Assembly: GCF_004010195.1 (NCBI RefSeq)
Contig: NC_057720.1
Coordinates: 18,862,538 to 18,926,537 of the forward strand
DNA from: Chiloscyllium plagiosum
Taxonomy: Eukaryota
Length of the DNA: 64,000 nt
Direction: 5' to 3'
A program made the translations under genes and the position numbers. The notes under the pieces were generated by a model. The model had not been told where the DNA came from and did no database searches. It saw only the letters and a list, made by a program, of their open reading frames with translations. Below are positions 26,373 through 36,449 of the stretch, piece by piece; position 1 is the first letter of the stretch, and every line of letters begins with the position of its first letter.

Positions 26373-28057
26373 TGTTCTGCCTGCCACACAATGTGTTTAA
26401 CTCTTATATCTAGCAAAGAAATTGCAAGTCGGCTCTTAATAATAATAAACAATAATATTTATTGATTTAACACAATTAATTCTATAACAACAAAATGCAC
26501 TATAAGCTAACAATTTGCACAATAATTCTAATCAATTATTTTGTGCTTTAACTTAACTCTGGATGATCATATACCAGCACTCTAGATCTTGGTCTGGATC
26601 CAAATGGATAATTATCTGGTTGTCTTCTTCCTGTGGTCCCAGACATGTCTTCTCTTCACAAGGGGGTTTTGTCTCTTGTTACTGATCCTGAGGATGGTAG
26701 TGGCAATTCTTAGACTTATTAGTTGCTCGCATCCTTTTGGGAGGGTCTTTTAGTGTCTTCCAATAGATTGATCAGGGCTCAATCATCCCGATCAATTGGA
26801 CGCAACTAGGCGTTGACATGTCAATGGCAGGGTAGTCCTTGGGCATCCATCCCTGGAGGTGTTAGGTGCACATAGATCAGGTAGCCCTCTCCAAATAACA
26901 GTGTGAGTCACCACTGTGTCTGGTAAACAATTCAAGGTTTTGATTGTCCTGGGGATGGCACTAAGATTGATTCTATTAAATACAAATTCAAACGCATATT
27001 GTATTGTCTGCAGCTGCTGGGTTAATTATGATGTGGAAGTGCCAGTGTTGGACTGGGGTTGACAAAGTTAAAAGTCACACAACACCAAATTAAAGTCCAA
27101 CAGGTTTTTTTGGAAGTACAAGCTTTTGGAGTGTTTCAGTCAGACCGGTTCTATTTCCAAAGTAGGGATCTATAAACTGTCACATGGACAGACTACCTTC
27201 AGATTGTGTGCTTTTGGAACAAAAATCGAATTTATCTGCAAATATAAGTCTGCAAATGTGTGTGTGCATATGGGGGAGAGAGTGTGTTTGCATGTGTGCA
27301 TGTGTGTGTGAGGGAGAGAGTGTGTGTGTGATTGTTAGAGTGTGAGCATGAGTGTGATGGAGTGTATGCCTTTGAGAGGGTGTGCGGGTGTGAGAGAGTC
27401 TGTGTGTGTTTTTGAGATAGAGCATGTGTATGAGAGAAGGTCTGTATGAGTGTGATCGTGTGTAAGAGTGTGTGTGTATGTATGCTTGTGTGTGAGTACG
27501 TGTGTTTGAGGGTATAGTGTAGTGGGGTCACCTGTAGTGTGACATGAACTCAGGATCACAGTTAAGGCCATCCTCATGGGTACCGAACTTGGCTATCAGC
27601 CTCTGCTTGGCAACTATACATAAATAGAACCAGTCTGACTCAAGGTTGGAATGCAGACAGTCTCTAATCTCACACTTTTAGTGCATTGTCTGAGCTGAGA
27701 TGTCACTTTTTTTTGATAAAACCTTAAGTTATCTCAGGAATGAGACTTGAAAGAAGTTCTGGATTTAATTAATCAAAACCTGCAACCTATTCTAAGTGAT
27801 TAAGACTTAACAGCAATCTCGATTTGTTCAATACATCACATCAGTTGTGACACTTTGATCTTTTACTATAAATTCTCTGTCTTGTGGTCCTGCCCCACTA
27901 GCTACCTGACGAAGGAACAGGGCTCTGAAGGCTTGTACTTTATTAGCACAGTCACATTGATCAAAACTTGTCTCAATTTCCCAGCATGCCTCATTTACTG
28001 TCCATTTTTCATAAATCCATCATAAATGCATCATTTTGAGCGGCCCATCCAGCCACA
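26373..28057 (-). repeat. ERV 3' LTR (interrupted by a Penelope-type insertion at ~27029-27940)
   Basis: TG..CA termini; direct repeat of 32238-33673; adjoins the PPT. Confidence 0.85.
27029..27940. mobile_element. Penelope-type repeat with (TG)n-rich tract inserted in the 3' LTR
   Basis: Absent from the other LTR. Ends match PLE pseudo-LTR pieces at 4905-5260 and 57000-57103. TG-rich tract at ~27255-27525. Confidence 0.7.
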
Positions 28058-28071
28058 GTCCCTCCTCTTGG
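28058..28071 (-). promoter_or_regulatory. Polypurine tract of the ERV
   Basis: Minus strand reads CCAAGAGGAGGGAC immediately before the TG of the 3' LTR. Confidence 0.8.
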
Positions 28072-28989
28072 TCCTGAACTAGAAGCGTGATGGATCACAT
28101 GATCACAGACCAATTTCCATGCAGTGACCACACAATCATCCAGGTTCAATCAAAGTACAACATACACTTCTACAGCTTAACTCTTACAGGTAAAATCACA
28201 CCTAACTAAGATCATCAAATGTCATCAAACTGTATCGAAATGAAATGTCAAATTTCAGACTTAACAGCTGATCAAGCAAAGACATTGGAGAAAACAAAAT
28301 AGAACAAAAATTTCATAACAAAAAATCAAACAAATGTTATAAAATTGGAGCAAACAGTATGAGTAAGGGTTGCTGAATACAAATGAACTGATAGTGATAG
28401 ATTAAAATAAATAAGACGTCAGAGAAAACAAACAATATAAAAATAAACTCATAATGAAAAATCAAACAATCATTATAAAACCGAACAATTGGATAGAACA
28501 TTTTATACAAACAATTGGATAGAACATTTTATACATACAACATAACAACAAATATTTACTCGGCTAACAAATATTTACCCTGGTCTGTTCAGTGTTCCTT
28601 GTGTATTGTTTCTGGTGCTGATGATGATCCCAATGAAGTCGATCTTGATTACAGGTTGTCCTGGGAAGAGTCAAGGTTGTTTCTTTTGTTATCCTTGTCT
28701 AATAACTGAATAGTTTCAAACTAATGTATTGCTTATGCCCTAACTCTCCCTCACTGTTAAGGTTAGAATGGTGCTGGAAAAGCACAGCAGGTCAGGCAGC
28801 ATCTGAGGAGCAGGAAAATTGACGTTTCCGGCAAAAGCCCTTCATCAGCAATGATGAAGGAATATTTGTTAGCCGAGCAAATATCTATTGTTATGTTATT
28901 TGTATAAAATGTTCTATCCAATTGTTTGTATAAAATATTCTTCGGTTTTATAATGATTGTTTGATTTTTCGTTATGAATTGATTTTTAT

Positions 28990-29283
28990 TTAGATTTAGA
29001 TTTAGATTTCCCACTGTGTGGAAACAGGCCCTTCGGCCCAACCAGTCCACACCAACCCTCTGAGGAGTAACTCACCCAGACCCATTTGATTGATGCACCT
29101 AACACTACGGGCAATTTAGCATGGCCAATTCACCTGACCTGCACATTTTTTGACTGTGGGAGGAAACCGGAGAATTCGGAGGAAACCCATGCAGACACAG
29201 GGTAGAATGTGCAAACAGACAGTAACCCAAGGCTGGAATCGAACCTGTGACCTTGGTGCTGTGAGGCAGCAGTGCTAACCACT
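28990..29283 (-). mobile_element. tRNA-derived SINE (HE1-like) inserted in the ERV
   Basis: Homologous to the other SINE copies; (TTTAGA)n tail. Confidence 0.85.
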
Positions 29284-29324
29284 TTTTTATATTGTTTGTT
29301 TTTATATTGTCCTCCCTCACCATT

Positions 29325-29587
29325 GTTAATTTGTCTAGGAGCTCAATGTGTTCCTCCTTTGTTTCTGTTTATAGGAGTGAGTTGTCTCCATATTGGGCTG
29401 GGCAGTCAGGCCGAGAAAACCTTTCTAGTCCCTTGGCTAATTGTCGATGGAAAATCGTGGATGAGTTATGGAATCCCTTGGGGTGGTATATGTATATAAT
29501 ATATATGTATATAATATATATATATACTGATGTTCCTGGAAGGTAAATGTGAATTTGTACTGGCAGGACCGGTTTAAAGGTATAGAC
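29325..29587 (-). pseudogene. pol: ERV reverse transcriptase fragment
   Basis: SIPLNRSCQYKFTFTFQEHQY / HPKGFHNSSTIFHRQLAKGLERFSRPDCPAQYGDNSLL*TETKEEHIELL: decayed LPQGFxNSP and YxDD motifs. Frameshifted by a TA repeat. Confidence 0.8.
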
Positions 29588-29679
29588 TGAAGAAGGGCTT
29601 ATGCCCGAAATGTCGTTTCTCCTGTTCTTTGGATGCTGCCTGACCTGCTGCGCTTTTCCAGCAACACATTTTCAACCTC

Positions 29680-30182
29680 TTTGTGTTTCACAATCACTTC
29701 TCTCATAGGATCCTTGGTCATTGCTAGGGGATTGAACCAAATTGTGCTGATTCGATTCGCATAATTTCCTGTTGAAATGACGAGTGGGGTATTGCTAGCT
29801 GGAGACCGTTGCCATATGCCGGCATTTACTGGATCAAAAGTAAGATTGCACCTAGTCATGTAATCAACATCGAGTATGTGTTCCGCACCTGGGGGAAGGT
29901 TGACTAAGATAGCAGGGTGTTGATATGGAATGTCACCTTGCTTAAATCCTATCAGTTCTGAAATGTACCCCTCTTATATAGCCAGTAAGTCCATTTAAGT
30001 CCAGTTGTGGTCCACGAGGGTAGATCATTTAATCTAGAAGTGTTCAAGGTTGTGCAGGAACCTCCAGTATCCCAAAGACATTTCACAGGGCGGCCTCCTA
30101 CCTCGCCATTGACTAATGGTCTACCTACACTATCCCACTGCGTGTTGCAGACTCACAGTGGACAGGCAGAAGCCTGACACCA
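29680..30182 (-). pseudogene. pro: ERV aspartic protease and start of pol
   Basis: WDSVGRPLVNGEVGGRPVKCLWDTGGSCTTL (catalytic DTG at 30063-30071) and a downstream HILDVDYM (ILGxD-type motif). Confidence 0.85.
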
Positions 30183-31874
30183 TCATGCTGATGCCCTGTT
30201 GTTTGGGAGTGGGGGTTATATGAGTTGGCTAGTGTCCATGGCATGGAGCCTGCCGAGTTGGGCCTTCTAATGGGAGTCGGTGACTCCATCTACCTCTTTT
30301 TGGTGTCACTGCGGTCAGTGGTCTCTGTCGCTATGAGTGCTGACGTGCATGGGTCTTACATCCCCATGTGGAGTGTTCTGTGTGCCCGCAGCGATAGCAC
30401 TGCACTGACTGCCAATGGTTCCCCTGCTGTGTCCCTCTATCTCTCCCTGTGGCTGTGTAAGGTGGAACTGGGTTCCTTTGGTAAGCGCTTGCCCCTTTTC
30501 CTTCATTTCTCCACATCGGACCCTGGTTGGAGGTTCGGAAAGGAAACATTTTCTCTCCTTTCTTCTACACCTGGGACATTTTTCTCCGAAGCCATTCCTT
30601 ACTATGGCTTGGCTCTGTGGGATGGAAATTCACACATGCCTTCCTGCTCCCTTCGGTGGCGTGGGAAACTAACACCCTAGGCCACTTCGCTGAGTCAGCC
30701 TCAGGTAACTGAGCCCTGGTTAAGTCTCTGTAGATTCCTAAAGGTGTACCTATAAATAACAGGCAAAGGCAGGCAGGTGTTCCCCCCCCTTCTTTTGCCT
30801 ACAATTGTTTAACCCATCTATGGGGTCCCATTTATTGTTCCCAATTGTCGTTAGGATCACTTTTCTCATATCAGCGAGGGTTCCCTCTCCCACATTTAGC
30901 GAGGATGGGATTGTCTGGACTGGCTCAGACATCATTATGATGAGTTTCACTTCCTCTCACTCTTATCTAACTCATTAAAAACCTTTTATTGCCTGACCCT
31001 TTCAAAGAATGTAAATGGATCAGCTGATGGCTCAAAATCTGGAATCTTTTTAGCTATTTCCTCCTTATTGTGCCACCGTGAATGGGGTGGTGTATGCTAT
31101 TGCTGGGACATCGGTGTCCCCGATCCATCTCTCGGTGATAATTGGTTTCATTGTGACAGGGGGTTTCCCCGGGGGCGCTGAAGGAGTTGAATCCTCTGGG
31201 AGTCAGGGCAGTCCCCTGTCCTCCACACACTTGCATCTTGCCGTGTGTCTTCCCTGAGCTCATCCCAGTCTACCTCCTATCCATCATGTTCCCCTTTAAC
31301 TTCCCGCTTTGTGTACATTATTTCATTGTGGATTGAGAGTTGAGCTTTTAATTTCTCAGTCTCATGCAGGAACTTAGTGTGGTCTGCAGTTGTCTGATCC
31401 TCTCTGTATCTGTCCGGTGCATCACCTTTACTGCTGGCTTGCAAACCTGCACGTTTATTTCTCAATTAACTCACTTCCCTCTCAGTAACCTCTTTACAGC
31501 TGACACTGTGGATTGGGTGTCCTGGTATGCTCTCTCGCACTGGGTTTGGAATTGCCTCATGAGTAGTAGGTTTGCCTGGTTTCTTTGGTCCTAAGCTGCA
31601 GTTTTCAGTTTTAACTTCTCGTGTCCTCTAATTCTTTGCCGACTATTTTCAATTTCTACTCAGTCCTTAGAAATTGTCCGAGACACACATCACTGCTGTG
31701 TCCTTTTCAGGTCTGGAAGCCTGTTTCCCTTGAAATTTCCTAAAATCATCCCAATATCTTTGTCCGAGGGATTCTGATCCCGTTTTATCATTACACAAAA
31801 TTCTGTCCATATTGGCCATTTAACTTCTCTTCCCAAATGGGACAATCTTCTACTCTAGTGTCTTTCTCTGCCAT
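30183..31874 (-). pseudogene. gag: ERV gag (decayed): charged coiled-coil-like region, capsid-like region, CCHC nucleocapsid knuckle
   Basis: ATG at 31874 (MAEKDTRVEDCPIWEEKL..); ..HETEKLKAQLSIH..; IPDFEPSADPFTFFERV; CYRCGHTEHSTWGC (CX2CX4HX4C) at 30358-30399. Multiple stops and frameshifts. Confidence 0.8.
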
Positions 31875-31966
31875 TCTCGATTAACTATGGAGTATAGAGG
31901 GTGGATCAGACTGAGGGTACGGCGTTCACTATGTTCCGGTCCTAATCCCACCGGTTGTCTCCTGAC

Positions 31967-31974
31967 ACTTACCT
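31967..31974 (-). promoter_or_regulatory. ERV major splice donor upstream of gag
   Basis: Perfect consensus AG|GTAAGT about 100 nt before the gag ATG. Confidence 0.7.
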
Positions 31975-32087
31975 ATCCCACTAAGGATTGCGCTCACACA
32001 AAGGACAACAGTTTGCTTGATCAGGAGGAAAACTCTGTTGGCTTTATATTTTAAAGAAGATTTTAGTTGAGACCTTTCCATTTCCAT
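31973..32087 (-). other. ERV leader ORF (putative Env start / signal-peptide exon)
   Basis: MEMERSQLKSSLKYKANRVFLLIKQTVVLCVSAILSGI-G, open from the ATG up to the splice donor. Confidence 0.5.
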
Positions 32088-32216
32088 TGATTTACTTGAA
32101 TTCCTGGCCTTCGCGTGGGACAGCTGTCCACTTAGTCACCTGCTCAGGCAAAATCTCAAGGAATATTAGGCTCCATGGGATTTGATCACGGAGCGACAAG
32201 GTCACTTCTTATCGAG

Positions 32217-32234
32217 GTCCCGTCTGGGGTGTCT
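32217..32234 (-). promoter_or_regulatory. Primer-binding site, tRNA-Arg(CCT)-type
   Basis: The + strand GTCCCGTCTGGGGTGTCT matches the vertebrate tRNA-Arg(CCT) 3' end GTCCCATCTGGGGTGCCA (recalled sequence) at 15/18; 3 nt from the 5' LTR. Confidence 0.75.
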
Positions 32235-32237
32235 GTT

Positions 32238-33673
32238 TATTCTGCCTGCCACACAGTGTGTTTAACTCTTTTGATCTTGCAAAGAAACCGTAAGATGACT
32301 CTTTATAATAACAAACAATTATATTTATTTATTAACACCGTTAATACTATTCCAGCAAAATAACTAAACAAACAATGATACATCATAAATTTAATCAACT
32401 ATCTTGCACTTTAACTTAACTCTGGATGATCCTATACCACCACACACCACCACCTGGCCTTGATGATCATCTGATTGTCTTCTCCCTGTGGTCCCAGTGG
32501 TGTCTTCTCTTCAAGGGGGTTGGTCTCGAGTTACTGCTCCTGAGGATGGTGTTGCAGTGATCCTTATGCTTAGCCGCTGTTCGCGCCCTTTTGGAAGGGC
32601 CTTCGATGTCCTCCTTTAAATTGATCAGGGCTCAATCATCTTGGTCTTGATCAGGTATTGACATGTCAATGGCAGGTTGGTGCTTGGGTATCCATCCCTG
32701 GAGGTGTTAGGTGCACACACAGGTCAGGTAGCCCTCTCCAAATAAGGGTGTGAGGCACCCCTGTGTCTGGTAAACAACTCGAGATTTTGACTGTCCTGGG
32801 GATGTCTGTTTCCATGCTGTGTATCTCTATGACTCTATGACTCTATGGCACTAAGATTGATTCTATTCAATACAAATTCAAACGCATATTGTATTGGCTG
32901 CAGCTGCTGGGTTAATTGAATACTGTCGGTCTGTAGCTGCAGTCTGTCCGGATTTTGCAACATATTTATTATGTTATGGACCAGGCCAGACCCCTTCTAA
33001 ATAATTTATTAAGATAGCCCAGACTTGAACTTTTTTTTTATTTTAACGAAGATGTAAAGTGGATATTCCAGGAGTGACACAGCTAATCAAACCACTCAGC
33101 TTTAAACAAATTAATTTACACACTATGGTTGCAACATGAACAAAAGAAAACAGAATTTAGAATAACTTAACATATTTGATAACCCGACTGACTCTATCCC
33201 AACTTAACGAAGATGTTCAAATTTCCGCAACATCCCAAAAACACACCCCTTGGCAAAATGTAAATGCAGTACAGGTTCTCACAGGCAGGAGAGGTTTTAG
33301 AGAAAAAGTTCAGGCAAGACCTCCATTGACGCATGGAATCTCTTCTCACTGTAGCTGCTTCTCCAGGTGCTCAGCAGCTTTCTGACAGCTTGCTAAAACA
33401 AATCAAACAAGAAAAAAAAACCAGAACTGGGAGAACTGGCCACTCCCTGTCACTATTCAAAGTAAACGTATCCAGACAAATTGGCACCTCTGCTTTTACA
33501 GCCCCTCTTGAAAAATCCAAGGACAACATAATCTTGGTAAAGGGGTAAGCATTGTCACAATTAGCACAATCACTTTGGTCAATGCTTGTCTCAATTTCCC
33601 AGCATGCCTCATTTATTATGTTTCTCGGAAATCCATCATAAATCCGTCATTTTGAGCGGCTCGTCTGGCTATA
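32238..33673 (-). repeat. ERV 5' LTR (with nested solo LTR and 40-bp CR1 tail)
   Basis: Direct repeat of 26373-28057; adjoins the PBS; termini decayed to TA..TA; core about 800 bp after removing insertions. Confidence 0.85.
32972..33559. mobile_element. Solo LTR of a different LTR-element family, nested in the ERV 5' LTR
   Basis: TGT..ACA termini; 4-bp TSD ATTA (32968-32971 / 33560-33563); the 3' LTR shows the empty site (ttattagcac). Confidence 0.85.
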
Positions 33674-33677
33674 ATCT

Positions 33678-35725
33678 CTAGTCAAAAAGGAAGACAAAAA
33701 ACAGATAACTGTGGGCCGATTAGAATCAATTACTGGAATAAAAGTATTAGAATAATTTATTAACGAAGTATTAGCAAAACATTTGGAAAATAACAATCTA
33801 ATCGAGCAAGATCAGCATGGCTTCATGAAAGGGAAATTGTGTCTTACTAACTTATTCAAGTTCTTTGAGGAAGTCTCAACCAGAGGGGATAGCAAAGAGT
33901 GAGTAGTTGTACTATATTTGGAATTGCAGAATGTTTTTGAAAAGTTAAATCATAAAATAATAGCCCACGATGCTGAAGCTAGTGCATTGGTTTGGATAGA
34001 GAATTGGCTAATCAGTAAGGAACAGTTAGTGGGGTTAAGGAGTTCTTTTTCAGGTTGGCAACCTGTAACCAGTGGGGTTTTACAGAGATCAGTGTCATAG
34101 TCACAGAGTCTTAGAACTGTGCAGCACAGAAACAGACCCTTCGGTCCACCTCGTCCATGCCAACCAGATATCCAAAATTAATCTAGTCCCATTTACCAGC
34201 ATTTGGTCCATGCCCCTCTAAACCTTTCCTATTCATGTACCCATCCAGATACCTTTTAATGTTGTAATTGTACCAACCTCCACCACTTCCTCTGGCAGCT
34301 CATTCCAGACAACCACCATCTGTGTGAAAAAGTTACCCAGTAGATCCTTTTTATATCTTTCCCCTGTCATCCTAAACCTATGCCCTCTAGTTTGGACTCC
34401 ACAACCCTGGGAAAAAGACCTTTCTATTTACCATATCCGTGCCCCTCATGATTTTATAAACCTCTATAACCCCACAGCCTCCGATGCTCCAGGGAAAATA
34501 GCTCCAGCCGATTCAGCCTGTCCCTATAGCTCAAATCCTCCAACCATGGCAATATCCTTGTAAAACTATTCTGAACCCTTTCACATTTAACATCATCCTT
34601 CCTATAGCAGGGAAATTAAAATTGAATGCAGTATTCCAAAAATGGCCCCACCGATACCGTGTACAGCTGCAACATGCCATCCCAACTCCTGTACTTAATG
34701 CTTGGACCTATACTCAATGCTGAGTCTGCAATGGTTTACAGTATGTATTAATGACTTCGAGTAAGGAAGGAAACCAGTGTACCATAGCTAGATTTGCAGA
34801 CAACAGAAAAATAAATGGAAAGGCAAGTTGCAAGAGTGATACAAGTAGTTTACAGAGAGGTATTGATAGTTTAAGTAAATGGGCAAAAAGTTGGCAAATT
34901 AAGTACAATGTGGGAAAATGTGAAGTTGTTCACTTGGAAGAGAGACAAAATATTATTTAAATTTGGAAAGGGGAAACCTGCAGAAAGCTGCAACATAAAG
35001 GGACTTGGAGATACTTGTGCATGAAACACAGAAAGCTAACACATAAATACAGTGTACCATCAGGAAGAGCTAATGGAATGTTTTCCCTTATTTCAAGAGG
35101 ATTGGAGTATAGAGTAGGGAAGTCTTACTGCAACTGAACAAGGTGCTCGTGAGACCACACCTGGAGGTACTGTGAGTAGTTTTGGTCCCATTATTTACGA
35201 AAAGATACCATTTCATTGAAGGCACTTCAAAGAAAATTCCCGAGGATGATCCCTGGTATGACAGGATAGTCTTACAAACAAAGGTCAAACTGGTTGGGAT
35301 TCTACTTGTTGGAATTTAGAAGAATGAAAGGTGATCTCATTGAAACTTAAGAGGCTTAACAGGGCAAATGCTGAGAGGATGATAACTATCAAAGAAGAGT
35401 CTAGGACCAGAGGGTATAGTCTCAGAATTAAGGATTGTAATTTAAGACTGAGATAAAGAGGAATTTCTTCTCTCAGACGATTGAAAGTCTTCCTAATGCC
35501 ATAATCCTGGCTGCACAAGGAATAGTGTAAGTGAATAAAATCAATGTACTCAAGCAGAGCTATCAGTGAGCAAGGAGGGAGACAGGAATCCATATCAAGA
35601 CATACAAGGCTATGAGCCAAGTGCTAGTAAATGGGATAGAATAGTTAGGAGTTGTTTCTGACTAGTTCATAATTGATGGGCCAAAGAGCCTTTTCTGTGC
35701 TGTCGATGTCTATGATGCTATGACT
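33678..35725 (+). mobile_element. Old CR1 ORF2 fragment, 3' part (with antisense CR1 tail nested at ~34095-34700)
   Basis: QHGFMKGKLCLTNL; WQPVTSGVLQ; ARFADNRKING..LSKWAKSWQIKYNVGKCEV; tail 'tctatgatgctatgac'. Confidence 0.8.
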
Positions 35726-36449
35726 GTCATTAATGGAGCTTGGTGAAAATCTGCAGGAGGAGACTCATCAGAAGCTTAAACATCAACCACTGACCTGTTT
35801 GACTGAATAACAAGTTATAATGCAAATAATCCCAGTAAACTTCTACAGGACAGCATTATTATTTCATCTTTAACATAACATTGGACATTGGCTACTGTTT
35901 GAATAATGATAAGCCACAGTATGTAAATGTGTAACTGCAAATGTTGCAATCCATTCTTGGGCAACTTTCCATCTCGTGAAATGACTGTTTATTGGCTGAT
36001 AGTGGTAAACATTAACTCAGGAGCCCCACTCTGTCAGCCTCTGATGCATTTGCTGCAGAGAAAGACTAGTGTCTGTTTTATCTGGGTCTCAATCTTAGAG
36101 TAGAATAAAGGGTAGGCACAATGTTGAGGGCCAAATGGCCTGTACTCTGCTATATTGTGCTCTGTTCTGTGTCCTTCTTGACCAGCTGAGCTTTTTGTTT
36201 CTGCTCATCACTTTCGATGTCATTTCAAACCATCAGCTTCCACAGGCATCAGTGACTGTTTGCTCTTGTCAGTATCAATTCCTGATATCCTCAGCCTCAT
36301 TTGTAGGTTTCTCGTCAACATCTTGATATCCAAAAGCCAGTTCATCATAGACAAAGCCTTTACAGTTATGTCTGTCATCTATCTGAGGGACAAATGCTGA
36401 GTCTTGTTGTTTTGACAATGAGCATAGATATTTTTCATCAGCCTGGTTG

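Larger units (their letters stand above)
26373..33673 (-). mobile_element. Endogenous retrovirus, internally deleted provirus (SnRV-like / class III-related)
   Basis: Paired LTRs, PBS, splice donor, gag (CCHC), protease (LWDTGGS), RT fragment and PPT in correct order; near 4-bp TSD ACCT/ATCT. Confidence 0.9.

Noticed and set aside
27180..27577. His/Thr-rich ORFs
   Set aside because: Translation of a (TG)n-rich low-complexity tract.
28072..28760. Possible env or accessory ORF remnant before the PPT
   Set aside because: No furin site, fusion peptide, CX6CC motif or transmembrane segment found; mostly T-rich non-coding sequence on the - strand.
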